A DNA stretch of 64,000 nt from Candidatus Pelearchaeum maunauluense (GTDB taxonomy: Archaea; Thermoproteota; Nitrososphaeria_A; Caldarchaeales; Caldarchaeaceae). Where the stretch lies: NCBI GenBank assembly GCA_030059675.1, contig JANVYQ010000002.1, forward strand, positions 96,001-160,000, read 5' to 3'. Shown piece after piece: positions 37,606 through 48,097 of the stretch; position 1 is the stretch's first letter; the number at the start of each line of letters is the position of its first letter. Under the pieces are notes generated by a model. That model made no database searches. It saw only the letters and a list, made by a program, of their open reading frames with translations, and had not been told where the DNA came from. Position numbers and translations under genes: made by a program.

Positions 37606-38363
37606 CTCAGCTCCAACTCCCCCTCGCCAAGAGTTCTGGAAAGTATTGAATGAAGCTCGACGAACCCCTCAAGGTTCGTCGCGGATACGGGAACTAGCGG
37701 GGTTGATGCTGATAGATGTCTTATCCCGTGCATCACGTCTTTTATCAGAGCCACCTGAAGGCCGCGGAGCTTGGCGTCTGCATCAACCTCAAAGGCTTCC
37801 TCCGACTCGTGCCAGTCCAGTATGCGCTCCACATACTTACGGGGTATAGCGTCTATTTTAGTGAGTACCTGAACGCTGGGAATGCCCAGCACGGCCTGGA
37901 CGGACGCGGAGAGAAAGAGGGATGCCGCGAAGTTCCGCGGGTTAACGCAGAACATGGGGTCTATCAGGAAAAGCATGGCCCTCCTCCCCCGCGTCAGGTT
38001 ATTCGCTATTATCCTACCCTCCTTCCTGAAAGCAAAAAGCTCCAACTGGCCTGGGGTGTCTATTATCAGCCAGTCAGCCTTAACCTCGTTCACCGCCTCG
38101 CGGAGCTCCTCAATATGGCGGGTTATCTCCCTCACCGAGGCGATCAACGCGCCGTTAGGGCCGAGGTTTCGCGTGGCCATGATGCGCTCATAGTCGACGA
38201 ACTCGCGCACGTCTACGTCTGGCTCATACGGTAGGCTGAGGACAGCTGGGTCTAGGTTGACCGTGGCCGCGAGCTGCTCTTGGTCGCGGAGCCAGTCGCT
38301 AAACGCCCCAGTTAAGGCGGTCTTCCCCGAACCAGCGGTCCCGACTACGTAAACCGCGAACAA
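37602..38363 (-). CDS. GPN-loop GTPase
   Basis: GTAGSGKT, NLDP, LGPNG, DTPGQLE, TKID. Confidence 0.92.
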   Translation of the reverse strand: MFAVYVVGTAGSGKTALTGAFSDWLRDQEQLAATVNLDPAVLSLPYEPDVDVREFVDYERIMATRNLGPNGALIASVREITRHIEELREAVNEVKADWLIIDTPGQLELFAFRKEGRIIANNLTRGRRAMLFLIDPMFCVNPRNFAASLFLSASVQAVLGIPSVQVLTKIDAIPRKYVERILDWHESEEAFEVDADAKLRGLQVALIKDVMHGIRHLSASTPLVPVSATNLEGFVELHSILSRTLGEGELELR

Positions 38364-38534
38364 CCAACAGCCCTCCGCAGCATCATACCCCTATACTAGA
38401 TATTGCATTACCGTTAGACAATACACGGTATTTAGGCTTTCCCATTCGGAAAATAAAACAATACAAGGACATTGACCTGTGTGAAAAATCAAAAAACCCT
38501 TAATTTAACCTCTTCCAACGATGCTTGATTGCCT

Positions 38535-38699
38535 ATGAATGTGATTTTGAGGCTTCAAGGGCTGGATAACGATGTTGTATTGGACTTGGCTTTGCATGGC
38601 CTTGAAAATGTTGTTGAGATGGACCGCTCTCTGCTTAACATAGTTTCCATGGATGATGAGCCTGTAACGGTTTTCCGCGTGGTGAGTCTTGAAGGCTAG
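38535..38699 (+). CDS. Small GatC/AtzG-like amidase partner (54 aa), not in ORF track
   Basis: MNVILRLQGLDNDVVLDLALHGLENVVEMDRSLLNIVSMDDEPVTVFRVVSLEG*; overlaps the amidase start. Confidence 0.55.
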   Translation: MNVILRLQGLDNDVVLDLALHGLENVVEMDRSLLNIVSMDDEPVTVFRVVSLEG

Positions 38700-40065
38700 G
38701 CTTGCAGCACTAACCCTACGCGAAGCCGCGCGGCTCGTGGCTGAGCGGGAGGTAGAGCCAAGAGACATCTTCGATGCTTGCATGGAGAACGTTAAACGAT
38801 TCAACGACAGGCTCAGGGCTTTCATAACAATCTTCAACTACGAGCAGCCCAGAGCTAGGCGCGGAAAGCCGCTCTATGGCATGCCCATATCGCTGAAAGA
38901 CCTCATATACACCGCTGGGAAGCCCACCACGGCAGGCTCAAAAATACTGAGCAGCTTCACCCCCTCCTACGATGCGACGATAGTTGAGAGGCTCATGGCT
39001 GGAGGTGCCGTCATAACTGGGAAGACCAACCTACACGAGTTTGCCTTCGGGGTTACCAACAAGAATCCCCACTATGGTGTTTGTAGGAATCCCTGGAATG
39101 AGGATAGAATCTCAGGCGGCTCAAGCGGGGGCTCTGCGGTGAGCGTGGCTGCTGGGATGAGCCTAGCATCCATAGGAACCGACACCGCTGGCTCTGTGAG
39201 GATTCCCGCATCTCTCTGCGGCGTGGTGGGATACAAGCCCAGCTATGGCCTGATAAGCAGGCATGGTATAATACCGCTAAGCTGGTCCCTTGACCATGTA
39301 GGATTCCTAACGCGGAGTGTGGGCGACGCTGCCTTTCTAGCGGCGCTCACCGCAGGCCGAGACAAAAGAGACGAGAGCACGATTCCAGCCAAGCTGGTGG
39401 GGATAGAAGCCGCGATAAGGCCAGCGCAGCTTAGACGACTAAAGATAGGAATACCACGCAACTATTTCCTAGACATCCTAGAGCAGGACGTTAGGCGCGT
39501 GTATGAAGATACAATAGCCAGGGCCGAGGCTGAGGGAGCAACGCTAAGAGAAGTGGAGGTTGAGAAGATAGAGAGCATAAATGCTGTACGATATATCATA
39601 GTACATGCGGAGGCGGCGGCATACCATAGGAGGTTTATACAGGAGAGATTCAACGAGTATGGTGAGGACCTTAAGCGCAGACTCGCGCAGGGCTTGGCTA
39701 TACCTGCTTCAACATACTTGAATGCACAGCGCGCTAGGCGTAGGCTCTCTGAGAGGTTTAGGAGGGTCTTCAAGGATGTGGATATTCTGATTACGCCCAC
39801 AACGCCCATAACGGCTCCCCGCGTGGAGGATAATACTGTGGAGCTGGATGGCCGTGTGATGGATGTAAGGCCAGCGCTGCTCAGGCTGACTGAGCCGATA
39901 AACGTCGTGGGAGCGCCTGCGATAAGCATACCCGCTGGAAAGTCGCGCGATGGCCTGCCGATAGGCGTGCAGCTAGTAGCTGATGTTCTTCAAGACCGTA
40001 AGCTAATGGCTGCGGCTCTTGCGCTGGAGAAGATACTACCCCCTACCGCGACTGCTTCGCGCTGA
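38689..40065 (+). CDS. Amidase-signature family enzyme (GatA/AtzE-like)
   Basis: KD, GKTNLHEFA, GGSSGGS, GTDTAGSVRIPA. Confidence 0.9.
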   Translation: MKARLAALTLREAARLVAEREVEPRDIFDACMENVKRFNDRLRAFITIFNYEQPRARRGKPLYGMPISLKDLIYTAGKPTTAGSKILSSFTPSYDATIVERLMAGGAVITGKTNLHEFAFGVTNKNPHYGVCRNPWNEDRISGGSSGGSAVSVAAGMSLASIGTDTAGSVRIPASLCGVVGYKPSYGLISRHGIIPLSWSLDHVGFLTRSVGDAAFLAALTAGRDKRDESTIPAKLVGIEAAIRPAQLRRLKIGIPRNYFLDILEQDVRRVYEDTIARAEAEGATLREVEVEKIESINAVRYIIVHAEAAAYHRRFIQERFNEYGEDLKRRLAQGLAIPASTYLNAQRARRRLSERFRRVFKDVDILITPTTPITAPRVEDNTVELDGRVMDVRPALLRLTEPINVVGAPAISIPAGKSRDGLPIGVQLVADVLQDRKLMAAALALEKILPPTATASR

Positions 40066-40252
40066 GCCACCACTCAAGATACTCGTTACGCTCACGCTTT
40101 TTCTTCTCATTCTCAAACTTGGAGGCCTGCATCCTCTCCCGCGCAACAAGTAGCTCTTGAGAGGTGTATGTAGAGCCGCAGCTCTCGCAAACATACTGCC
40201 TCGTGCTCCTATCGTAGATGAGCTTTGAACCGCATTCAAGACAGTACGGCAA
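40043..40252 (-). CDS. Small Zn-ribbon protein
   Basis: CLECG...CESCG; C-terminal YLEWWL. Confidence 0.75.
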   Translation of the reverse strand: MPYCLECGSKLIYDRSTRQYVCESCGSTYTSQELLVARERMQASKFENEKKKRERNEYLEWWLSAKQSR

Positions 40253-40305
40253 GGTCTTCTACGCCCCATGACGCCAGCCCAGCGCACTATATATGTTTCA
40301 ACACG

Positions 40306-40566
40306 CTAGCTCTCGGCAGCTCTACGCGAAATCCTCGCAGCGAGGATTAGGAAGAGGATTGGTATGAGGAGCGCCGCGAGCATCGCGGGTATGGCCGTTG
40401 CTGGGTCCTTGCTGGAGAAGATTATGGGAAACGGCCCTATTAGAACCAGCCCACCGAACCACGCCTCACCCCGCCCTCCTACGAGAGCCAGAGGAAGTAT
40501 GAAGAGTATCAGTAGGGCTAGTATCGCTATCAGAAGCAGCCTCGCCCCGATCAAGCCAACCACCAC
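40306..40566 (-). CDS. DUF131-family membrane protein
   Basis: GGLVLIGPFPII motif. Confidence 0.75.
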   Translation of the reverse strand: MVVGLIGARLLLIAILALLILFILPLALVGGRGEAWFGGLVLIGPFPIIFSSKDPATAIPAMLAALLIPILFLILAARISRRAAES

Positions 40567-40784
40567 CCAGCGAGAAGGGCTATGAAGAGCAGTAATACTA
40601 CAGCGACGGCCAGCAAGGCTTTAGCTCCAGAGCCGCCGAGAACTATGGGTATGGGACCTATTAGTATCAGGCCGCCTCCCTTAACGTCTGAGCCGCGCTG
40701 CCCAGCGAGCAGCAAGACGGCAACCAGCATTAGCAGGGCTAGGGCTATAAACGCTATGAAGAACTGGAAAGCAAGCTCCGCCAT
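40551..40784 (-). CDS. DUF131-family membrane protein
   Basis: GGGLILIGPIPIVLG motif. Confidence 0.75.
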   Translation of the reverse strand: MAELAFQFFIAFIALALLMLVAVLLLAGQRGSDVKGGGLILIGPIPIVLGGSGAKALLAVAVVLLLFIALLAGWWLA

Positions 40785-40907
40785 GCCCTAGACAGAACCA
40801 ACATGAGCACGGCTGAATTTATCGTTGCGCCCCAAACTAGAGCCGCGATGTCCGAAATCCTTAATTAAGAGGCGAGGCGGGGGCTACGTAGAGGTGTGTG
40901 AGCATAA

Positions 40908-41654
40908 ATGGCGTTAGGCATAGCTGGAGCGTATGATAGGGCTATTACGGTCTTCTCCCCGCAGGGGAGGTTGTATCAGGTTGAATATGCTCTAGAAACC
41001 GTAAGGTCAGGCTCAACTGCCCTCGCGGTAACGTGTAAAGAAGGTGTAGTAATGGCTGTTGAAGAGAGGATGCACACAAGGCTTCAGAACCCCGACTTCT
41101 CGTGGAAGCTCTTCCAAGTTGATGAGCATATAGGCGCGGCAGCGGCTGGTCTTAATTCTGACGCCCGCGTGCTGGTGGATAACGCGAGAATCTACTCCCA
41201 GACGCTCAGGCTCTCCTATGATGAGGAGCCAACCATAGAGGCCGTGGCCAAACGCGTTGGAGACATAATGCAGATATACACACAGCACGGTGGCGTCAGG
41301 CCATTCGGCGCTGCGCTACTAATAAGCGGCGTAGATAGAACAGGCTCACGCCTCTTCTATGCCGAGCCAAGCGGCTTAGTTCTAGAATACGCTGCATGGG
41401 CCATAGGCAGGGGCGCAGACCGCGTAAAAGAAATGTTTGAGAACTCTTACAAGAAGGAGATGACACTTGACGAGGCTGTAAAGCTAGCCCTCCAAGCACT
41501 CGTTTCGTCAGTTGATAAGATTGATGAGGGCTGGACGGTGAGGCTAGTCAAGATACCCGCGGCAACGAAGACCTACACACAAGTCCCCCCAACAGAGCTA
41601 GACCCAATCCTAGCCCCCCTCCTAGAGGAGAAGAAAAAGGGCGGGCAGAGGTAA
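40908..41654 (+). CDS. psmA: Proteasome alpha subunit
   Basis: YDRAITVFSPQGRLYQVEYA. Confidence 0.97.
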   Translation: MALGIAGAYDRAITVFSPQGRLYQVEYALETVRSGSTALAVTCKEGVVMAVEERMHTRLQNPDFSWKLFQVDEHIGAAAAGLNSDARVLVDNARIYSQTLRLSYDEEPTIEAVAKRVGDIMQIYTQHGGVRPFGAALLISGVDRTGSRLFYAEPSGLVLEYAAWAIGRGADRVKEMFENSYKKEMTLDEAVKLALQALVSSVDKIDEGWTVRLVKIPAATKTYTQVPPTELDPILAPLLEEKKKGGQR

Positions 41655-42346
41655 TGCCGAAACAAACATACACGATAGCAAGGCTTGAGAGGGGAGGAAC
41701 TACATTCGAGATACTGGTAAACCCAGATAACGCGCTCAAGTACAAGATGGGCGAGAAGGTGCCTCTCTCCAAGATAATCATTTACGAGGAGGTCTACAAG
41801 GACTGGAAGAAGGGTACGCGCGCCTCCGAGTCTGAGCTGAAGAAGGCGTTTGGAGCCACTGACTTCATGAAGATAGCAGAACGGATACTGGAGCAGGGTG
41901 AGCTGCAGGTAACGGCGGAGCAGAGGCGCAAGCTCATCGAGGAGAAGAGGAGGCAAATAATCGACTTCATCTCTAGGAACGCTATAGACCCGCGCACCAA
42001 TATGCCCCACCCAGCTCAGAGGATAGAGCTGGCTCTGGAGGAGATAGGGGTCTCGATAGACCCGTTCGTTGATGCGCAACAGCAGGCGATGAAGGTGATA
42101 GAGCGGCTCTCGCGGGTCTTGCCACTGAAGATTGGGATGATGCGCGTAAAGATACGGATGCCTGGCGAGTTCGTCGGCCAGGCTTACGGCATAGTGAGGA
42201 GCATGGGTAAGATACTCCACGAAGAATGGCGCGGGGACGGGAGCTGGGTCTGCGAGGCGGAGCTACCCACAGGCCTACACACAGAATTAATAGAGAAGCT
42301 CAACAAACTATGTAGTGGAAGAGTTGAGGTAACACCTGTCAGCTAA
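41654..42346 (+). CDS. Ribosome maturation factor SBDS/Sdo1
   Basis: FEILV, GELQVTAEQR, DPRTNMPHP. Confidence 0.95.
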   Translation: MPKQTYTIARLERGGTTFEILVNPDNALKYKMGEKVPLSKIIIYEEVYKDWKKGTRASESELKKAFGATDFMKIAERILEQGELQVTAEQRRKLIEEKRRQIIDFISRNAIDPRTNMPHPAQRIELALEEIGVSIDPFVDAQQQAMKVIERLSRVLPLKIGMMRVKIRMPGEFVGQAYGIVRSMGKILHEEWRGDGSWVCEAELPTGLHTELIEKLNKLCSGRVEVTPVS

Positions 42347-42370
42347 TAACGAGAAGGTGGATAGGGGGAG

Positions 42371-43057
42371 ATGTACTACTTCAACGAGAAGGAGATAGTC
42401 GTCCCAGGGCAGCTCTTGGCAGACGACCCTAAGAAGAGCGGGCCTGGCACGTATGTGCTGGACGGGAAGGTATACGCGGCGCACGCGGGGCTGCCCAAGC
42501 TACGGGATGGGGTAGTGGTCGTCATCCCGCTCAAGGGGCCGTATAAGCCCGAAGCAGGCGACTGGATTGTGGGCGTGGTTACAGACGTTAAGCCCAGCTC
42601 CATAGAAGTGGATTTGGGCGGCTACATGACCGCTGTCCTCAAATACCCTGAAAGGCAGGGGCCGCCGGAGGGTCTTACGGTGGGCGATGTGATATACGCG
42701 CGGGTAAAGAGCAGCAACATACGCGGCGTATTCCTAGAATCCGAGGAGATGAAGAAGCTCACCAACGGAATCATAATATCCATGACACCCGCGCGCATCC
42801 CACGCCTAATCGGGAGGAAAGGCTCCATGATAGCCCTGCTCAAAAAGGAGACAGGCTGCAACTTCTGGGTCGGTAGAAATGGTTTAATAGTCGTGAGCGG
42901 GAAGTCGTCGGAAGGGGAGTCCGCAGCAATCTCAGCAATAAGGGTTGTTGAGAAAGAAGCTCATTCTCAAGGTTTAACAGATAGGGTGGCTGCGCTCCTC
43001 AAGTCGGCAAAGGGAAGAAATCATGATGACAGAGAGCAAGGAGATAAAGCTAATTGA
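42371..43057 (+). CDS. rrp4: Exosome RNA-binding subunit Rrp4
   Basis: VVPGQ, S1 domain, [16 protein letters not shown]. Confidence 0.9.
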   Translation: MYYFNEKEIVVPGQLLADDPKKSGPGTYVLDGKVYAAHAGLPKLRDGVVVVIPLKGPYKPEAGDWIVGVVTDVKPSSIEVDLGGYMTAVLKYPERQGPPEGLTVGDVIYARVKSSNIRGVFLESEEMKKLTNGIIISMTPARIPRLIGRKGSMIALLKKETGCNFWVGRNGLIVVSGKSSEGESAAISAIRVVEKEAHSQGLTDRVAALLKSAKGRNHDDREQGDKAN

Positions 43058-43760
43058 TGAAGAGGGTAGGCGTGTAGATGGGCGTAAGCCTGACGAGCTC
43101 AGGCCTATAAGGATTGAGGCAGGCGTCCTTGAGAAGAGCGACGGCTCGGCTTACATAGAAGTTGGGAGAACCAAGATATTCGCAGCGGTTTTCGGACCGC
43201 GCGAGGTTCATCCCAAGCATCTTGAGCTGCCCGATAGAGCTGTGCTCAACTGCCGATACCACATGGCGAGCTTCAGCGTTGATGAGCGCAAACCGCTGGG
43301 GATGACGCGGAGGGAGATAGAGCTTTCCAAGGTTCTTAGAGAAGCGCTGGAGACCGTCGTCTTCTTGGAGGAGTTCCCAAGAACGATGATTGACGTCTTC
43401 GTGGAGGTCATACAGGCTGACGGTGGAACGCGGACGGCTGGAATTACAGCAGCATCACTCGCCTTGGCTGACGCAGGAATACCGATGAGCGACCTTATAG
43501 CGGCGACTGCCGTCGGCAAAGTAGCTGGAACACTAGTCTTGGACATCAACGACATAGAGGACAAGTATGGCGAGGCTGACATGCCAGTAGCCATGACGCC
43601 GCGTAGAAATTCTATAGTTCTCCTGCAGCTTAACGGTAGGATGACCAGCGAGGAGCTGAAGAAAGCTTTGGAGATGGCTAGTCAGGGAATCAAGAAGATA
43701 TACCAGCTCCAGATAGAGGCGCTGAAAAAGAGGTACAGCGTAGTATCGCTTGAAGAGTAG
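43023..43760 (+). CDS. rrp41: Exosome catalytic subunit Rrp41
   Basis: RVDGR, GSAY, GPRE, ADGGTR, DMP. Confidence 0.95.
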   Translation: MMTESKEIKLIDEEGRRVDGRKPDELRPIRIEAGVLEKSDGSAYIEVGRTKIFAAVFGPREVHPKHLELPDRAVLNCRYHMASFSVDERKPLGMTRREIELSKVLREALETVVFLEEFPRTMIDVFVEVIQADGGTRTAGITAASLALADAGIPMSDLIAATAVGKVAGTLVLDINDIEDKYGEADMPVAMTPRRNSIVLLQLNGRMTSEELKKALEMASQGIKKIYQLQIEALKKRYSVVSLEE

Positions 43761-43770
43761 GTGGAACAGC

Positions 43771-44601
43771 ATGTCGCTTAGCACGAAATCCCCCAGGATG
43801 TCGCCCATCAAGATAATGCAGAACAGGATTTACGAGCTTCTCAAGCAGGGGAAGCGCATAGACGGGAGGGCTCCACACGAGATAAGGCCAGTGAGCATAA
43901 GCACCTCAGTAATAGAGAAGGCTGATGGCTCGGCTATGGTTTCTATGGGCGGTACAAAGATACTCACGGGTATTAAGGTGGAGACGGGAACGCCCTACTC
44001 GGACAGGCCTAATGAGGGGGTCTTTACGGTTAATGCGGAGCTCCTGCCACTAGCCTCGGCGTCGTTTGAGCCAGGCCCTCCAGATGAACGCGCAGTAGAG
44101 CTGGCGCGTATAGTTGATAGATGCATACGCGAAAGCCGCGCGATAGACTTGGAGAAACTGGTTATAACGGAGGGGGAGAGGGTCTATATGCTCTACATAG
44201 ACATATACGTCCTTGACTATGACGGGAACTACTTTGACCCCGCTGTTCTCTCCGCTGTTGCGGCGCTGGCTACGTGCAAGATACCGCGCTACGAGGTGAG
44301 GAATGGTAAGCTGGAGCGTGTTGAGGGCGAGAGTATGAAAACCCCAATCCGCACAATACCAGTTAGCGTAATGATAGGCGTGATACAGGATAGGCTTTTG
44401 GTAGACCCGTCGCCGATGGAGGAACGCGCCCTAGATACATCGGTAATACTGGGCTACGACTCAGACTCAAACATCGTCTCAATACAGAAGAACGCGCCTG
44501 GGCTTTTATCCCTAAATATAATGGAGCAGATCATCGAGCTGGGTAGCAAGAAGGCGGAGGAGCTTAGGTCTATACTTGTGGAGGCGGTTGGTCTTGGCTA
44601 G
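43771..44601 (+). CDS. rrp42: Exosome subunit Rrp42
   Basis: RIDGR, FEPGPPDE, ELARIVDR, DGNYFD. Confidence 0.95.
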   Translation: MSLSTKSPRMSPIKIMQNRIYELLKQGKRIDGRAPHEIRPVSISTSVIEKADGSAMVSMGGTKILTGIKVETGTPYSDRPNEGVFTVNAELLPLASASFEPGPPDERAVELARIVDRCIRESRAIDLEKLVITEGERVYMLYIDIYVLDYDGNYFDPAVLSAVAALATCKIPRYEVRNGKLERVEGESMKTPIRTIPVSVMIGVIQDRLLVDPSPMEERALDTSVILGYDSDSNIVSIQKNAPGLLSLNIMEQIIELGSKKAEELRSILVEAVGLG

Positions 44602-44818
44602 TAAGCGTAGGGATGTGAATCCTGCGGGTGGCTTTGGGGCCAGGTATGGCTCCACCGTCAGGAAGCGGTGGGTAGAGACTATACTGAGCGTCCGCGACCG
44701 CTATGACTGCCCGCGATGCGAGACGCGCAACGTCCGCCGCGTGGCTGCTGGAATATGGATGTGCAGACGCTGCGGGTATAAATTCGCAGGCCAGGCATAT
44801 ACGCCATCAGCGAGGTGA
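44594..44818 (+). CDS. rpl37ae: 50S ribosomal protein L37ae (eL43)
   Basis: FGARYG, CPRC...GIWMCRRC, AGQAY. Confidence 0.95.
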   Translation: MASKRRDVNPAGGFGARYGSTVRKRWVETILSVRDRYDCPRCETRNVRRVAAGIWMCRRCGYKFAGQAYTPSAR

Positions 44819-45081
44819 GCAGAATGGCGCGGGTTAGGATTCTAGTTAATGTGGGTGCAGCATCCGAGGAGAGGAGAATAGCTCTCGCAGCGCTCAAGCC
44901 TGAGTTAGCCTCCCTCAACACCAGAAGAACCAGCGCCAACCTAAGTCAAGATGAGAATAATCTAAGACTGGAGATAATGGCTGATGATATAGTCGCCGCA
45001 CGCGCAGCCGCTAACTCGTTTATCAGGCTCTTGGATATAGCGTTAGGTGCGAGAGAGGTGGTGAGTAGTGTCGTCGGGTAG
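44815..45081 (+). CDS. pcc1: KEOPS subunit Pcc1
   Basis: ALKPE...ARAAANSFIRLL; conserved operon position. Confidence 0.8.
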   Translation: MSRMARVRILVNVGAASEERRIALAALKPELASLNTRRTSANLSQDENNLRLEIMADDIVAARAAANSFIRLLDIALGAREVVSSVVG

Positions 45082-45430
45082 GGAGATACCGCCCAGCGTA
45101 CAGCAGCAGATAGTACGGCTACAGCAGTTGCAACAGAGTCTAGGGGTATTATTGGCGGAGAAGCAAAGAGTGGAGACGGAGCTAGCCGAGATAAACAACG
45201 CGCTGGAAGAGCTTAACAAGTCAGACGACAACATAGTGGTATTCAAGGCGGTGGGCCCTGTTCTGGTTCAGACGACTAAAGACAAGATGCTGGCTGAGCT
45301 AAACGAGAGGCGCGAGCTGGCTGATACGAGGCTTAAGGTTCTTGAAAGGCAGGAAGCTAGGACACGCTCTCAGCTTGACACCCTACAGAAAGAGGTTCAA
45401 CGCGCGCTAAGCGGACAAACGCCGACATGA
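45068..45430 (+). CDS. pfdB: Prefoldin beta subunit
   Basis: Coiled coil with VFKAVGPVLV hairpin. Confidence 0.92.
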   Translation: MSSGREIPPSVQQQIVRLQQLQQSLGVLLAEKQRVETELAEINNALEELNKSDDNIVVFKAVGPVLVQTTKDKMLAELNERRELADTRLKVLERQEARTRSQLDTLQKEVQRALSGQTPT

Positions 45431-46437
45431 GAAAACCTGAGCTGGTAGCCGCGCTGCATGAATGCCTACTAGAAGAATCACGTGGAAAGAATGTCGCGGT
45501 TATAACGCACTGGGGAGGGGATGCCGACTCAATAGGAGCGGCATATGTCCTCAGGAATCTCCTAAAAGAAGAGTATAACGCGTCGCGCGTGAGCTTTACA
45601 ATACCAGACACGGCAACGGCGCATTCAAAGGCAATATTGTCGCGGCTGGGGATGGAGCTGGAACCCGTGGAGGATTCAAATCTCTTCATCTTGGTTGATG
45701 TGGGCTCCCTTGAACAGTTGGGAGAGCTTCTCCAAGTCGTTATGGATTCGGAGAAAAAGCCCATCCTGATAGACCATCATCTCCATTGCGACTATGGGGG
45801 AAGCATGGTTAGGCAGTTCTGCTCAGACGAGTATCAGGCAACCGCTGAGATAATACTAGACCTGGCGCTTTACGCTGGTAGGAAACTAACGCACGGGGAT
45901 GCGGAGGCGCTCTTTCTCGGCATGTATTATGATACGGCGCGGCTCTCAATAGCTGATGAGGAGACCATGATGAAGGTCTGCCAGCTCGCGAAGATGGGTG
46001 TGAAGCCAGCGGATGTTTTAATAGGCCTAGAGATGGTCATGGACGAGTCGGAGCGGATAGCGCGCCTCAAGGCAGCTAGGAGGATGAGCTTCTACCGCAT
46101 AGCCGGGTGGCTGGTGGCAACTTCAACGGTAAGCGCCTTCCAGACATCAGCGGCCCGCGCCCTCATATCACTCGGAGCACACGTAGCCCTTGTGGCAGGA
46201 CAGGAGAACGACGAGACAACCCTCTCACTGAGAGCGCAGCCAGAGTTTGTCCGTAGAACCGCAATAAGCATGGGAGACGCCCTAACCAGCAGGATTCGCG
46301 AGAAATACGGGGGAACAGGCGGGGGCCACGCCTCAGTAGCTAGGGTGAAATGCCGCGCAGGCGCGGAAGAAGTATTAGAATACGCTCTCAAATTATTAGA
46401 GACGAAGCTGGGCGCGAAGGCTCAGCAGGTGTCATAA
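45427..46437 (+). CDS. DHH/DHHA1 phosphoesterase
   Basis: HxxxDAD, DHH, GGGH. Confidence 0.9.
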   Translation: MRKPELVAALHECLLEESRGKNVAVITHWGGDADSIGAAYVLRNLLKEEYNASRVSFTIPDTATAHSKAILSRLGMELEPVEDSNLFILVDVGSLEQLGELLQVVMDSEKKPILIDHHLHCDYGGSMVRQFCSDEYQATAEIILDLALYAGRKLTHGDAEALFLGMYYDTARLSIADEETMMKVCQLAKMGVKPADVLIGLEMVMDESERIARLKAARRMSFYRIAGWLVATSTVSAFQTSAARALISLGAHVALVAGQENDETTLSLRAQPEFVRRTAISMGDALTSRIREKYGGTGGGHASVARVKCRAGAEEVLEYALKLLETKLGAKAQQVS

Positions 46438-46443
46438 TGACCC

Positions 46444-47295
46444 ATGCCAATAATAGAGGTAAGCTCGCTAAACTACAGGTATGTGGGGCAGAGGGACTAT
46501 GTTCTACGCGATATTAGCTTCATGGTTAATGAGGGCGAGTTCGTCCTAATAGTGGGCCCCAGCGGCTGCGGTAAATCAACCCTATGCAGGTGTCTTAACG
46601 GGCTTATTCCCCATTTTTACGAGGGGGATTTGGAGGGTGATGTATGGGTTGCTGGGCATAGAGTAAGAGAAACACCCACGCATGTCTTATCGCAGCATGT
46701 CGGGATGGTCTTTCAAAACCCGCAAAACCAGCTCTTCTCCCTAAGCGTTGAGAATGATGTCGCCTTCGCGCTGGAGAACCTAAGCCTGCCGAGGGAGGAG
46801 ATAAGGCGACGGGTAGATGAGGTCTTGAGCCTGCTGGGTATAACAGAGCTCCGCGACCGCTCGCCATTTGAGCTTTCAGGAGGCCAGCAGCAGAAGGTAG
46901 CGATAGCCTCAGTACTAGCCATGAGGCCGCGTATAATAATCTTGGACGAGCCAACATCATTCCTAGACCCCGCATCATCCCTCAACCTCATCGAAACAAT
47001 AGATAGGATTAGAAAGAGCCTCGGCCTTACCGTGTTGCTGGTTGAGCATAGAATAGAGCTGGCGGCTCCCAGAGCTAACAGGCTAATCGTAATGAATAAT
47101 GGCCAGATAGTATATGACGGGAACCCAGCCGAATTCTTTGAACGTTATGACGCACATAGCTATGGTGTGTATGTCCCGAAAGTTGTTAGGCTGGCACGCG
47201 AGGTGAATAAGCATGTCCGTCTCTTCAACAAGCCGCCGCTGAGTCCAGAAGAGTTTGAAGAGCGGGTGAGGATGTTTGCCAGCCGTAGAGTTTGA
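46444..47295 (+). CDS. ECF transporter ATPase A1
   Basis: GPSGCGKST, VFQNP, LSGGQQQ, LDEPT. Confidence 0.9.
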   Translation: MPIIEVSSLNYRYVGQRDYVLRDISFMVNEGEFVLIVGPSGCGKSTLCRCLNGLIPHFYEGDLEGDVWVAGHRVRETPTHVLSQHVGMVFQNPQNQLFSLSVENDVAFALENLSLPREEIRRRVDEVLSLLGITELRDRSPFELSGGQQQKVAIASVLAMRPRIIILDEPTSFLDPASSLNLIETIDRIRKSLGLTVLLVEHRIELAAPRANRLIVMNNGQIVYDGNPAEFFERYDAHSYGVYVPKVVRLAREVNKHVRLFNKPPLSPEEFEERVRMFASRRV

Positions 47296-48097
47296 GCACG
47301 TCTCTTACCAGTATAAAAGCGGCGTTAAAGCCCTAGATGATGTTAGCTTCACCATTGAGCGGGGAGAGCTAGTAGTCCTAATGGGCGAGAACGGCTCAGG
47401 AAAGACTACGATACTCAAACATTTAAACGGCTTGCTCAAACCCACCGAGGGCCGCGTGGTAATAGACGGCACTGATACCCGTACAGCGACGGTAGCGCAG
47501 CTGGCCGCTAAAGTTGGGCTAGTCTTCCAGAACGCGGAGGAGATGTTCTTTGAATCAACTGTGAGGGAGGAAGTGGCCTTCGCTCTAAAAAACTTCGGAT
47601 ACAGTGAGGATGTGGTTAAGAGGCGTGTTGAGTGGGCGCTCAGATTCATGGAACTTGACGCCTATGCCGAGAATTCGCCGTTCATCTTGAGCGGTGGTGA
47701 GAAGAAACGGCTAGCCCTGGCGATAGTGCTGGCATGGGGGCCTGAAATAATAGCGCTGGACGAGCCGACGATTGGCCAGGATAGCCTACAGAAAGAGAAA
47801 ATGGCAGAGATGGTTAGGCTCCTCAACACGCAGGGAAAGACTGTGATAATGGCCAGCCATGATGTTGAGTTTGTGGCAGACCTGAGCCCAAGAATAATCC
47901 TACTATCGCGGGGCAAGGTTATGGGCGATGGAGATGCTGAGGAAGTGCTCACAGATATGGAGAAGCTAGCCAAATGCTCCATACTCCCACCACAGGTGGT
48001 AGCGACACTCAACAGACTACAAGACCTAAGCATAACCCGCAGAACCCTAAGCGTAGAAGCGGCAGCACGCGAAGTGGTGGAGAAGATATGGCGCTAA
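47276..48097 (+). CDS. ECF transporter ATPase A2
   Basis: GENGSGKT, LSGGEKKR, LDEPTIGQD. Confidence 0.9.
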   Translation: MPAVEFEHVSYQYKSGVKALDDVSFTIERGELVVLMGENGSGKTTILKHLNGLLKPTEGRVVIDGTDTRTATVAQLAAKVGLVFQNAEEMFFESTVREEVAFALKNFGYSEDVVKRRVEWALRFMELDAYAENSPFILSGGEKKRLALAIVLAWGPEIIALDEPTIGQDSLQKEKMAEMVRLLNTQGKTVIMASHDVEFVADLSPRIILLSRGKVMGDGDAEEVLTDMEKLAKCSILPPQVVATLNRLQDLSITRRTLSVEAAAREVVEKIWR

